Shown here piece by piece: positions 41,248 to 51,342 of a DNA stretch of 64,000 bases. The notes below the pieces were generated by a model. That model was given only the letters and a program-made list of their open reading frames with translations. It was not told where the DNA came from and ran no database searches. The position numbers were made by a program, and so were the translations under genes. Origin of the DNA: Thecamonas trahens ATCC 50062 (Eukaryota > Protista > Apusomonadida); contig NW_013657621.1 in assembly GCF_000142905.1 (NCBI RefSeq), positions 151,123 to 215,122 of the forward strand, in the 5' to 3' direction. Position 1 is the stretch's first letter. The number at the start of each line of letters is the position of its first letter.

Positions 41248-42714
41248 ATGTCGAGCAAGCGCGGGGGCGTGACGGACAAGCCCGCGGGAGGACGTGGCGC
41301 AAGTGGTGGTGAGCGCGACCTGCTCAAGTCGATGCAGCAGGCGCTGACGGTCCGCCAGGCGCTGGCTGCCCACTCGGCGCTCGGGGGCGGACTGACTGAT
41401 GGCTGGAGCGACGACGACGAGGCCAAGATAGGCGAGCTCCCGCAGGTCCACACAAGCAAGTCGAGCTCGCGGCGGAGCTCGAGGAGGAGCTCGCGGCGGA
41501 GCTCGCAGCACGGCTCCGGGGCGAGTAGCTCGAGGTCGCGCGGCTCAAAGTCAGGCACGCCGCGGTCGGGCCCCGAGGCGTCGACGTCGCGGAGCGGGCG
41601 GCGGCGTGGCGGTGGTGTTAGGGAAGCGCCTGCCGAAGCGAGCGAGGTTGAGGCACGGGCTAGCAAGCGGGCGGCGCGGCGGAAGCGCGGCGCAGTCCAG
41701 GCTGAGCCAGCAAGTAAGCTGAGCGGGGTGCGCGAGGACAAGGCGAGCGGGGTGAGCGAGGGTGGCGGGACAGAGCCGGCGCCAGCAGACGCACCGGCAG
41801 ATGGAGAAGAAGCGGCGGCAGCGGAGGGTCCGACGTACTTTCTCAAGCAGCTGGTCAAGGCGTTTACTGAGATCGAACGCGATTTGGGCGCCGAGTCGAT
41901 GCGGGTGGACCAGCTGCAGGCATGGATTACGACTACGCTCAAGCCCGGGCTGGCGCAGATGAACTCGCGGCTGACTGAGCGGTGCGGCGAGCTGAAGCGC
42001 GAGTTTGAGGTTGCGGCAGCGCCGTTCAAGGAGCGCGGCGACCGGCTTCGGCCGCAGGTTGCGGCGCTGGTGCCTGTGCTGGAAGATCTTGTTCTGCGGC
42101 TGACGTCGCAGGTCGATGGGGCGATTGGAACGTACGACGCGGTGGCAGAGCATGAAGCTGAGCTTGCGCGGCGGATCGAGCGAGTGCTGGTGGACTTGCA
42201 GGCACAGGCTGCCGAGCTCGAGTCGCTCATGGACGAGGCCGAGGACGCCCAGCTTGAGTCGCTGGAGGAGCGGCTCTCGGCACGGCTCCTCCGCGAAGCG
42301 TCGGAGAAACTTGCGGTAGGTGCAGCCGAGCGCGGGAGCGGGCTCGACGCGCGGATGGCGTGCATGCATGCACAGCTCGACCAAGTGGTGGCGACCGAAG
42401 CCGGGCGGCAAGTCCAGGCTATTGCCGAGGAGCTGATGGAAGTGCGGGCGGCCGAGGAGGCCAAGCCGCACCCTCTCAATCCGGGCGGCAACTCGATGGC
42501 GACGCGGCAGGCCGAGTTCTTTGACTGGCTCTCGCAGCACGGCTACGAAGCTTACTTTGTCAACTTTAAGGAGTACGGCTACGATACGCTTGCGGTTCTC
42601 GGCACCCTCACCCCGGACGAGATTGCACTCCTCGGCATCCGCAAGGCCGGCCATCGCCGCGGTCTGGAGATGGCCATCGAGCAGTTGCGGCGGCAGCAAA
42701 TCCTTGAAGGGTAA
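41248..42714 (+). CDS. Coiled-coil protein with C-terminal SAM domain
   Basis: FDWLSQHGYEAYFVNFKEYGYDT...LLGIRKAGHRRGLEMAI is a typical SAM domain. Confidence 0.85.
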   Translation: MSSKRGGVTDKPAGGRGASGGERDLLKSMQQALTVRQALAAHSALGGGLTDGWSDDDEAKIGELPQVHTSKSSSRRSSRRSSRRSSQHGSGASSSRSRGSKSGTPRSGPEASTSRSGRRRGGGVREAPAEASEVEARASKRAARRKRGAVQAEPASKLSGVREDKASGVSEGGGTEPAPADAPADGEEAAAAEGPTYFLKQLVKAFTEIERDLGAESMRVDQLQAWITTTLKPGLAQMNSRLTERCGELKREFEVAAAPFKERGDRLRPQVAALVPVLEDLVLRLTSQVDGAIGTYDAVAEHEAELARRIERVLVDLQAQAAELESLMDEAEDAQLESLEERLSARLLREASEKLAVGAAERGSGLDARMACMHAQLDQVVATEAGRQVQAIAEELMEVRAAEEAKPHPLNPGGNSMATRQAEFFDWLSQHGYEAYFVNFKEYGYDTLAVLGTLTPDEIALLGIRKAGHRRGLEMAIEQLRRQQILEG

Positions 42715-42878
42715 ACTTAGTAGTCTATGGCGAGCAGGCGTGCTGTAGCAAAGTGACGCCGACCAACAGACACGTCGACTGCCACGACGAAAGGGAAGCG
42801 ACAGAGGCTGGAGCGACCAAGTCCGGGACCAACACCACCCCACTCCCCCCCCCCCCCCCCCTCCCCTCTCCCCTTGTC

Positions 42879-44297
42879 ATGGACACGACGCTGTCCGAGT
42901 ATGCGGCGAGCCTGGCCGAGTTCTACGTGTTTGACCCGCGTCTGGGCCGGTCTGAAGGGAAGGAGCACGAGGCCGTGCTGTACTACTACCCGCACTCGCT
43001 GCCGTTGTCTGTAAAGACAAGGAACGTTGGCCTCTCGCAAGCCTTTGTCAACTTTGCGGCGCAGTTTTCTCCCAATCAGCCGCTGTCTGCAGCACACACT
43101 CGCAAGCATCGGGCGGCGTACTTCAATCCGGAGGGCGAGTACTGGCTGGTCCTTGTTGTCCGGCTGCCGTACTCTGTGGTGGAGAGCAAGGACGAGGAGG
43201 GCAATGTCGTGCAGGATAACGTGTACGATGGGACCAAGGTGACGGATGGCGGGTTGACGACCATGATCAAGCAAGTCTACGCCATGTTCAAGCTCTTCAA
43301 CGCCTCATTCTCGTCTGTGGTGAGCAAGTACTCGATCGAGGTCCTCCGCTCCAAGCTCGAGTTCTTCCTCACGCCGTACATCACCTCGATTGACTTTGGC
43401 TCGCTGGACATGTTCCACTCGCTCGCCGGCATCCACTACCTGCCCATCGACAAGAACGTGTACCTCCGCATCCAGTGCTTTGTTAACGCTCTGGAGGACG
43501 CATTCCCGGTTGTCGGCGCCTCGGTCTTTCTCTTTGACGACCACCTGGTGTACTCGGGCCTGGGGCCGGACGACATGCGCATCCTGTACAAGTACTTGCT
43601 GGACAATCTGGCGGTTGGCGGCGCCAACGTCGACCTCTCCAAGACGCCGCGCAACCACCCGATGCCGTCGCTCAAGCCCAAAGCCGGCACGCGGCGCGTC
43701 CTGCCCGACGGCTTCCTCACCGGCCCGGCGAGCCTGACGGATCCGGACTCGCCGATCAATGCGCCGCACGTGTTTGTGGGTGATGACGAGGAAAAGTTCC
43801 TGCTCATCTACCATGCCCACGGCGCGGTCCTCCTCCTTCTTCTTGATGTGACCGACCCGGTAGCGCTGACTTCAGTTGACCTCTACGCTGCGCTCGAGCG
43901 CGAGATCAAGCCGCAGATGGACACGCTTGTCTCGTCCATCCTGGGCTTTGCGGCCGACACCCGTGGCGCGAGCTCGTCGTCGACCGACTCGGACTCGGCC
44001 TACGCCTACTTTAACTCGATGAACCTCGCGCTCAAGAGCTCGCTCGCCTCAGCCGACGCGCTCTCGCCCTCGCTCCGGTCCATGATTTGGGCCATCGGCA
44101 GCGACCTCTCGCTCCACCGCGAGGGCATCACCGAGGTCGACATCAAGGCCGACCCCGAGGGCTGGGTCACCGGCCGCAAGTCGGACTCGCGCGAGTTGTA
44201 CGTCGTCTTTGACGCCAAGAAGGCCAACCTCATCGAGGTCTCACAGGAGATTGCCCGCATCTCCAAGTCGACCTTTTCCAACGTCTTTATCGAGTAA
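42879..44297 (+). CDS. CCZ1: Vacuolar fusion protein CCZ1 (Mon1-Ccz1 Rab7 GEF)
   Basis: FYVFDP..GRSEGKEHEAVLYYYP, VGLSQAFVNF, YLPIDKNVYLRIQCFVN, YFNSMNLA, WVTGRKSDSRELYV. Confidence 0.93.
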   Translation: MDTTLSEYAASLAEFYVFDPRLGRSEGKEHEAVLYYYPHSLPLSVKTRNVGLSQAFVNFAAQFSPNQPLSAAHTRKHRAAYFNPEGEYWLVLVVRLPYSVVESKDEEGNVVQDNVYDGTKVTDGGLTTMIKQVYAMFKLFNASFSSVVSKYSIEVLRSKLEFFLTPYITSIDFGSLDMFHSLAGIHYLPIDKNVYLRIQCFVNALEDAFPVVGASVFLFDDHLVYSGLGPDDMRILYKYLLDNLAVGGANVDLSKTPRNHPMPSLKPKAGTRRVLPDGFLTGPASLTDPDSPINAPHVFVGDDEEKFLLIYHAHGAVLLLLLDVTDPVALTSVDLYAALEREIKPQMDTLVSSILGFAADTRGASSSSTDSDSAYAYFNSMNLALKSSLASADALSPSLRSMIWAIGSDLSLHREGITEVDIKADPEGWVTGRKSDSRELYVVFDAKKANLIEVSQEIARISKSTFSNVFIE

Positions 44298-44375
44298 AGC
44301 CATGTCCACCAGCTGCTGGCACACTCTGCTTCACGGCCACCTTGGCTGGCTCACCTGTCTCGCCGGGTGGTCGCC

Positions 44376-45458
44376 ATGTCTGCCGACGCCCGACAGGCTG
44401 CCGACGCCCGGTCGAAGCGACCATGGCCAGCAGAAGCAGCAGGCGAGGCAAGGAGTAGAGGCGGTGGAGGCGGTGAGGGAGAGGTCGAGCTGGCGTTGCC
44501 GGTCGTGCGGTTGGCCGTGGCCGTGGCGGGCGATGGCTCGTCGGCAACGTGTACGGAAGTTCGGCCGAGGAAGCGGGCAAGGACCACTGCGCTGGGCAGG
44601 GTCTCGGCGCTGCCGTGGGACTTTTCGGCCTTTGGGCAGGGGCAGAGTGTGGCGGGAGGCGTGGCAGCTGGAGATGCGGTGGCGGAAGGCGCGGCGCCGG
44701 CGGCAGCGCCGGCCGCAACAGGCGATCTGCTGGGCAACATGGGGCTGCCGCCGTTGCTGGTACGGTTGCCTGGGAGGGAGCCGATCTCGGCTGCAGCCCG
44801 GTCGCGATCACGCGTACCTTGCTCTACTTCTCCCCCTCCTCGTCCTCCGCCACCACCACCGCCGCTGCCAGCGCTCCCACGACCTGTGGGCCAGACGGCG
44901 GCTCGCCGTCAGGGTGGCATTGCGGCGCTGGGGGTGACCAAGCTCGGCTCGTTCTCGCCGCGGCAGAGACAGTCGAGGCCGCGGGTGCAGCCGTTGCCGA
45001 GCTCGGCGGCAGGGCAGGCGGCGATGCGGCTCGGGGTGCGGCGGAGAGCAGGCGAGGCGGCAGCAGGCGAGGCAGCAGCGGCAGGTGCGGCGGTGGCAGT
45101 GGCCGAGGCCACGGCAGATGAGGTGGGCGGGGAGCGGGTGATGACGGCTGAAGAGCGCCGGAAGGCGGCAAAGCGAGCGAGGAACAGGCGGTACTACGCC
45201 GAGAACAAGGCCCGGCTGCTGGCCAAGGCCAAGACGCGGTACTCGCCGCGCAAACGGGGTGGCCGACGCCAGAACCGTGATCTGCCGCACAAGTGCGCCG
45301 TTGATGGTTGTGACTTTGCCTGCAAGTACCCGTCCAAGCTCGCCGTCCACATGCGGAGCCACACCGGCGAGCGGCCGTTCCGCTGCACTCATTGCAGCTA
45401 CGCGGCGACGCAGGAGGGCAATCTCAAGTCCCACATCAAGGCCAAGCACGGTGGGTGA
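44376..45458 (+). CDS. C2H2 zinc-finger protein (two fingers) with a basic helix
   Basis: CAVDGCDFACKYPSKLAVHMRSHTGERPFRCTHCSYAATQEGNLKSHIKAKH with a canonical TGERP linker. Confidence 0.88.
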   Translation: MSADARQAADARSKRPWPAEAAGEARSRGGGGGEGEVELALPVVRLAVAVAGDGSSATCTEVRPRKRARTTALGRVSALPWDFSAFGQGQSVAGGVAAGDAVAEGAAPAAAPAATGDLLGNMGLPPLLVRLPGREPISAAARSRSRVPCSTSPPPRPPPPPPPLPALPRPVGQTAARRQGGIAALGVTKLGSFSPRQRQSRPRVQPLPSSAAGQAAMRLGVRRRAGEAAAGEAAAAGAAVAVAEATADEVGGERVMTAEERRKAAKRARNRRYYAENKARLLAKAKTRYSPRKRGGRRQNRDLPHKCAVDGCDFACKYPSKLAVHMRSHTGERPFRCTHCSYAATQEGNLKSHIKAKHGG

Positions 45459-45509
45459 AAGATTGTGTTGTATATTTGGGGAAGGGGGGGAAAGACGCTC
45501 ACTTGCTTG

Positions 45510-48168
45510 TCAGATTTCGTCCGACGAGAGCTGCGAGGTGTCGTCAGTCGAGGAGGGCTCGGGCGCTTGAGGCCCGAGGGAGATAGCTGAGGCGACGGCA
45601 AGTGCCTCAGCATCCGAGAGGGGCGGAGGGCGGGCGCCAATCTTGGGACGAACAATCCGGCGAGTTCGCGACCGCTTGTACATGAGAGTGATGACGATGG
45701 CAGAAATGACGACAACGATGCCCGACGAGATGAGGACAGCGAGCACAATGTTGCGATTGCTGGCGCGCGGCGGCGGCGCGGTCGTTGTGGTCGCATCCGA
45801 CGAGGAATCCGGCTGCTGGGCGTGAATCGAGCATGACGACTCGTCACAAGCCAGGCGGTAGGTGCCCGCGGCGTCGGTGACGTCGCGGACACCGGTGGCG
45901 GTCCGGACTTGCAGATTGGTAAAGTGAGCATCAGAGCGCGTGGAAAGGTCAGAACGACCTGCTCGTCGCCCGGCATTAGCCGAACGTCGGCATTGAGCAC
46001 CACCTCGAGCGAGCCGCCCAGCTCGACTGAGCCCTCGACGGCGAGACTCGGTGAGGCACCGCGCGCGATGGCGACAACGAGTGAAGCTTGCGGAGCTTGC
46101 ACAAAACATGCGGCCGTGAGCTGGACACCCGACCCGATGGCCAGCGTCGACACGTCCTCGATGCGGACACACCCGGCCGGAACCGCGAGGTTGTCAGCAA
46201 TGTCGAGGTGGGCGCCGTCGCGGACGATTAGCGGAGTCTTGAGCACCTCGGGCGCCGAGACGGTGGTCGAGTTGGCGACGACGGCGGAGCGGCCCTCGAG
46301 AACGCCAAACGGCGGCGTAAGATCGTTAAAGTCGCCAAAAGGACCGTCGACGACCAGGCCGTAGTAGCCGAGCGAGCCGTAGTCGGAAAAGCCCGACGAG
46401 AAGCCGATGCGGTTGCCGGTTCCCGTGACGCACACCGCATACCGCCGCCCATTCTCGGGTTCAACAAGCAAAAGCTCGGCATGCAGCTGATCGTCGGGTG
46501 CGACGGTGACCACTGGCTCAGCCTCGACGTCGATGTACGCCGTGAGGCCGACGTCGAGGTTGGGACCGTCGGCCAGGATGTGGGCGGTGACGGTGATGGA
46601 GCCGTTACCTGCGACAAACGAGATGCAGTCGACGTCGGACGAGGACGTGATGGCGCTGATGATCGAGTACGCTGGCGGACGCGGGGCAGTCATGATGTCG
46701 AGGGCGTCGGCAAAGGTGTCACCGATCGAGTCGCGTGCGTGCGAGAGCTTAGTGCCGATGATGGCAAGGTCATCCTCGGTATTGGTTGCGCCACTGTACT
46801 CACCCTTGGACCACTGGGTGACCGACATGGTGTAGGGAGTGCCCATGATGGGGCCCCAGCCGTAGTGGCCGAGGTAGTGGGAGAGAATTGCCCATCCGTC
46901 GTGCGAGAGGCCAAGCTGGTGGCCGAGCTCGTGCGAGACCGAGTCGCCGATGGCATTAACGCGATCGTCGAGGTGGTCGGAAAGACCCATGACGGCTGGT
47001 AGTAGTCGGAGGCCTGTCCATAGGCGTCCGTGTACGAGACGCCGCCGGTCGGCGCCACCCAGCTGTCGGTGGGGTGATGGCGATGGTGGCGCGGCGCTGA
47101 GGCGGGTACGCGGCGCAGATGGACTCGTCGGTGGTAACTGTTACGTTAAAGGCGATAAAGTCCTCTGCGACGCGGGTGACAACGGCCTTGATGACGTCGC
47201 GCTCGGCGGAGGAAAAGTCGACAAAGTTACCGTCGAGCGACCACGCGTCGTAGACCATTGCAGGCTGCGAGGTGTAGGCGTTCCATGCCGAACCTGTCAC
47301 CACACCGCCGTCGAAATCGAGGTGGAAGCAGTCGGGTGCGTTGGCCCGGGTGGTGAAGATCGGGACGCTGGACCGGGTAGAAACCCGCGCCCGCCCAGCG
47401 CTGGCCTTGCCTCCGGTGGGAAACAACAGCGAGCCGCCTGCAGCAGCCTCGGCCGCGGCCTCGTCCACAAGCTCGGCGGCAAAGAGATCGAGGGCAGGAT
47501 TGTCGCCACTCTCATCGGCCGCAAGCGCTGGCTCAGGGCGCGGCAGGTGGCAGAACGCGGAGGCGAGCGGACCGACGGTGAGCGTGGCAGGTCGAAAAGC
47601 GTTGCCGTTGTCGGAGCGGGTCACCGAGAGCGTGGCGCCGAGCTCGGCCTTGGCCGACACAACGTGGATCATGACCGAGCCGTCGGCATGCTCGGTGGCA
47701 AGCAGTCGTTCGGACGGCGGACAGTTGGGAGGAAGAGTGTCTACAGAGGCAGCAAGACAGCCAAGGACGACAGCAACCGGCCGCGGCTGGTCATTGCCAT
47801 CGGCTGAAGGCCGAGTGCGGATGACCGAAGTGACACGGACGGTCAAACCTGACGTTTGATCAAAAGCACGGCCGAGCGGGAGCGAAAGAACCGAGCCAGG
47901 CGCGAGCTCCGACCAGGTGTGGGCATCAAACGAGACAACCGACCGGACCTGGCCACGGATGGCATTGTCGCCTCCATCGCCTCCATTGCCTCCATTGCCT
48001 CCATACCGGCACCGAAAGCTGACGTCAGGAGCGAGGGAGCCACAAAGTGGGAGACGAACGCTTGTTGGAATCGTGGCTGGTCTTCGGGTGTGCCACGCCA
48101 TTGCCTGCCACACCGACCACCAGCAAGACCAAACCCAACACCAATCCAAGGGCCACGGTATTAGCCAT
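45510..48168 (-). CDS. Bacterial-type metzincin zinc metalloprotease with signal peptide, PPC-like domain and C-terminal TM; several frame breaks
   Basis: Signal MANTVALGLVLGLVLLVVG; HLDFDG; VAEDF; HELGHQLGLSHDG (HExxHxxGxxH); WGPIMG Met-turn; WSKGEY; TM IVLAVLISSGIVVVISAIVITLM. The pieces lie in successive frames. Confidence 0.8.
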
Positions 48169-48523
48169 GGCGGTTAAAGATTGGACGGTGGGTGGTATGG
48201 AGGAGGTTGAGAGTTGCGGGGTGTGTACGTGTGCGAGACGAGTGAGGTTGACATGAATCGAGCTTTGTGGCGGCGTTGGTCCATCATAAGTCGATGTTCT
48301 TTGGCAAAGGGGGGCCAAAAAAAAACGCTGTTTATGCGAAAAAAATAGTGTTTGACGTGTTGCGGGGTACTACCCAGGTCCCGGCGGACGTTGGCGAATT
48401 GGGACAAATATTGCTAGCCATGCCCCACCCCCCACCCCCCCATTCTCGACCTCCGGCCGGCCTCGCAAGGCTGGCGGTGGCAGCCCACACAGTCGCGGGC
48501 GGGTCGAGCACTGCTCTACTTAC

Positions 48524-51337
48524 ATGGCAAGTGGACTCCGGATTGCGACCGACGGGAGCCTGGGTAGCGGGGGCGGTGGCGTGTCGCTGGTCTCGCCGCG
48601 TGGAATGGTGCTGACGCCGAGGGTGAGCGCGGGGGCGGGCGGTGAGGGTGGCGGCGGAGGCGGAGTGAGTGGGGCCGGCGGAGGCGGGAGTGGAGGCGGG
48701 CGGCTGTGGAGCCATGGGGATGATGCGCTCGCGAGTGGCATGTCGCTCTTCCACCTGCTGCGGTCTGCGACGCGTCCAGACGAGGCGGTCATTCGGCTGA
48801 CGGCGGCATTGGAGCAGGCGGCCAACGGGACGGACGCACACGTGGTGGGGACGGGCGAGCAGGCGGAGATCTTGCTGTTCATGGCACATTCAGTGGCGTC
48901 GGCCCGTGCACCAGCTACGGTCGGTCTGGCGCTCTCCAAGCTCGCGTCTATTTTCCGGGTCGACTCGAACCGGCTGCGGGCGCTTATTGTGCACGCACTG
49001 CCGCTGGCGGCACCGCACGTGGTCAAGCTCGCCGCGCCGGGCCGTGTGGTCGATCCGGTGCTCTTTGTGACGGTCTCGAACGATCCGCTGGCGCGGGCAC
49101 TGGCGCTGCAGGCACTGGCGCTGCTTGCCCCGGTGGTAGCGGACCGGGTGGATGTGCGGCACGCGGTGCTGGCGGGACTTGTCTCGCCGGCACACCGCGA
49201 GGCTGCAGCGGCGGGCGCGGCAGCCAAGGCCATTGCGCCGCACTCGCCACACTTTGCTGCGGCGCTGCTTGCGCATGCGGCGGAGCAGATGGCTCCTGGC
49301 ACGGTCTGCTCGACGGACACACTGCTGAGAGTCCTCGACTTGCTGCCCGCGATCAACGCCGGCGATGCGTCGCTATTCGACAAGGTGGCGGGGCTGGCGC
49401 TGGGCGTGCTCGACTCTGCGCCTGCTCCGCCGGTCATGGTGCCGGCGGTGGCGGTCCTTGCCGAGCTTGCGACGTCGTCAGCGGCGGCGGCAGCAGCACT
49501 GGTCGGCGACTCGCACTTTCACGCCTCGCTGAGTGGGGCGCTTGCCGAGCTGGTCGAGAACTCACCTGCCAAAGCGGTGCGGCTAGCGGCGGTAGCTGCG
49601 GCGCGGCGGATGGCATCGCGGCCGCTCCTCGCAGCACATCACATTGATGCCGGGCGCGTCATTAGCTGGCTGGACGCACCCGAGCTGGCGCCTGGCGCCG
49701 CTGCGCTTCTCCGTGCCGTTGTCCGGCAGCCGGCCCAGCTCGCCCATCCGCCGGCGCAGCTCTTGGCGGCGCTGCTTCAGCGATTTACCGAGAGCAAGGC
49801 AACGCCGCTGCTTGCGCCGTTGCTGGTCGACCTCGCGTGTCGCGAGGACCACTCTGCGGCGCCCGAGCTGTACACTGCAGTGGAGGACGCCGTGCTGGCT
49901 GCGGTGCTTGGCGAGACCGATGACGCGCCCGAGATCTATGCATGCCTTGCGCGGCTGGCGACGTCGCGCGACGCGCCACACACTTTTGTGGCGGCGGCGG
50001 TAGAGGCTGCGGCGCGCAAGGTTGAAGCGGCAGTTGTAGGGCGGAAGAGCGAGCAGCTCACGTCACCGCTCCGGGCGCTGACGGCGATGCTCAAGAGCGG
50101 CGCAGCCGAGGCGGCGGCCGTGAGCGCGATGGTCGATAGCCTGCGGGCTGTGGCGGATGCGATCCGGGGATGGATCGAGGCCGAGAGTGCCGGCGAGGCG
50201 GAGTGGACAAAGCCTGGCGACATGGTGCGGTGCGTGGCGCTGTGCTTCTGCTCCTCGCCGGGCGAGGAGCGCGTGCTGAGCGCGCTGGAGAGCAGCCCTG
50301 ATGCGTTTGAGGAGAAGTGGATGCCGCTGCTGCTGAGCAGCGAGGCCTGCGGCAGCGGATGGGCGCTGTACCAGTTGGGCGAGCGCGCGGCGCGCGGCGG
50401 TCACTTTGAGAGCGCTGTGACGCTGTGGGCTTGCGTGGCGTCGGGCGTGGCGTCGCCGTGGTCGTACTGGCTTGACGCTGCCGTCAGAATGGTGAGCGGA
50501 GCCGAGGCATTGGCGAATGGGTCCAAGGCTGCGAGCGCTGGGGCAAACAGCGCAGTTGTGGCTCGGTTGGGCGAAGCCGAGGCTGCGCTGGCGGCTGCGC
50601 GTCTCGCAGTCTGCGCACTGCAAACGGCGCACGGTGAGCGCGGGATCGGAGTTTTCCAGGGTGCGTGGCTCTCTGCGGTGAGCGACATGTGCGCGGGGCT
50701 GAGCGGTGTGGCACAGGTCGGTGCCGGGCTGCAGAGCGCGCCTGCTCTGTTTCGGGCGCGGCTGGCAGCGAGCGTGGGTGTGGGCGCGGTGCGGCTGGCG
50801 GAACTGTCTGATGCAGCGCTGGACATGCGTCAGGGCGACGTGGCGGCGATGGAGGCTGTGCGGTGCGGAGCGGCCCAAGTCGAGGCTGCGCTGACTGCGC
50901 CGCGGCTGGACGGTGACGAGCTGGCGAGAGCGATGGCGCAGTGCCTGGCGTCGCTGGCAGTAGTGCCGTCACGGGTGTTTGTGCTGAGCGCACCACCGGC
51001 GCCGTCGCTGTTTATTTCCGAGGCGAGTCGCGGCGACGATGGCGTGGCGGTGCCGTGCCGTGCCGGGACGGACGTCAAGCTCACGCTTTCGGGCGAGGTC
51101 CCGCTCGGGCTGGCGCACTCTGTCGTCATCGAGCTCTCGACCGGTAGCGCGTGGCAGCACCGGGTCGAGGCCAAGTTGCACGGCTCGCGGTTTTTTCGGA
51201 CAGCGGTGGTGGTACCGACCGAGGCAGCGAGCGGTGGGCGACGGCTGGTGGCGAGCGTGTTTGTGCGGAGCGAGGACGGCGGGAGGCTGCGCGCGTCAGG
51301 CCCGGTGGTCGACGTGGCGCTGGCAGTCGAGCGGTAG
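48524..51337 (+). CDS. INTS7: Integrator complex subunit 7-like ARM protein
   Basis: VSNDPLARALALQALALLAPVVADRVDVRHAV matches the INTS7 SNDPVARA motif. GWALYQLGERAARGGH; C-terminal beta-rich domain. Confidence 0.75.
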   Translation: MASGLRIATDGSLGSGGGGVSLVSPRGMVLTPRVSAGAGGEGGGGGGVSGAGGGGSGGGRLWSHGDDALASGMSLFHLLRSATRPDEAVIRLTAALEQAANGTDAHVVGTGEQAEILLFMAHSVASARAPATVGLALSKLASIFRVDSNRLRALIVHALPLAAPHVVKLAAPGRVVDPVLFVTVSNDPLARALALQALALLAPVVADRVDVRHAVLAGLVSPAHREAAAAGAAAKAIAPHSPHFAAALLAHAAEQMAPGTVCSTDTLLRVLDLLPAINAGDASLFDKVAGLALGVLDSAPAPPVMVPAVAVLAELATSSAAAAAALVGDSHFHASLSGALAELVENSPAKAVRLAAVAAARRMASRPLLAAHHIDAGRVISWLDAPELAPGAAALLRAVVRQPAQLAHPPAQLLAALLQRFTESKATPLLAPLLVDLACREDHSAAPELYTAVEDAVLAAVLGETDDAPEIYACLARLATSRDAPHTFVAAAVEAAARKVEAAVVGRKSEQLTSPLRALTAMLKSGAAEAAAVSAMVDSLRAVADAIRGWIEAESAGEAEWTKPGDMVRCVALCFCSSPGEERVLSALESSPDAFEEKWMPLLLSSEACGSGWALYQLGERAARGGHFESAVTLWACVASGVASPWSYWLDAAVRMVSGAEALANGSKAASAGANSAVVARLGEAEAALAAARLAVCALQTAHGERGIGVFQGAWLSAVSDMCAGLSGVAQVGAGLQSAPALFRARLAASVGVGAVRLAELSDAALDMRQGDVAAMEAVRCGAAQVEAALTAPRLDGDELARAMAQCLASLAVVPSRVFVLSAPPAPSLFISEASRGDDGVAVPCRAGTDVKLTLSGEVPLGLAHSVVIELSTGSAWQHRVEAKLHGSRFFRTAVVVPTEAASGGRRLVASVFVRSEDGGRLRASGPVVDVALAVER

Positions 51338-51342
51338 CGTGA

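Noticed and set aside
40488-42491. 667-aa minus-strand ORF and the many other long antisense ORFs (e.g. 9517-11184, 12535-14019, 55739-57184)
   Set aside because: Shadows of GC-rich coding sequence on the opposite strand, with no recognisable domains.
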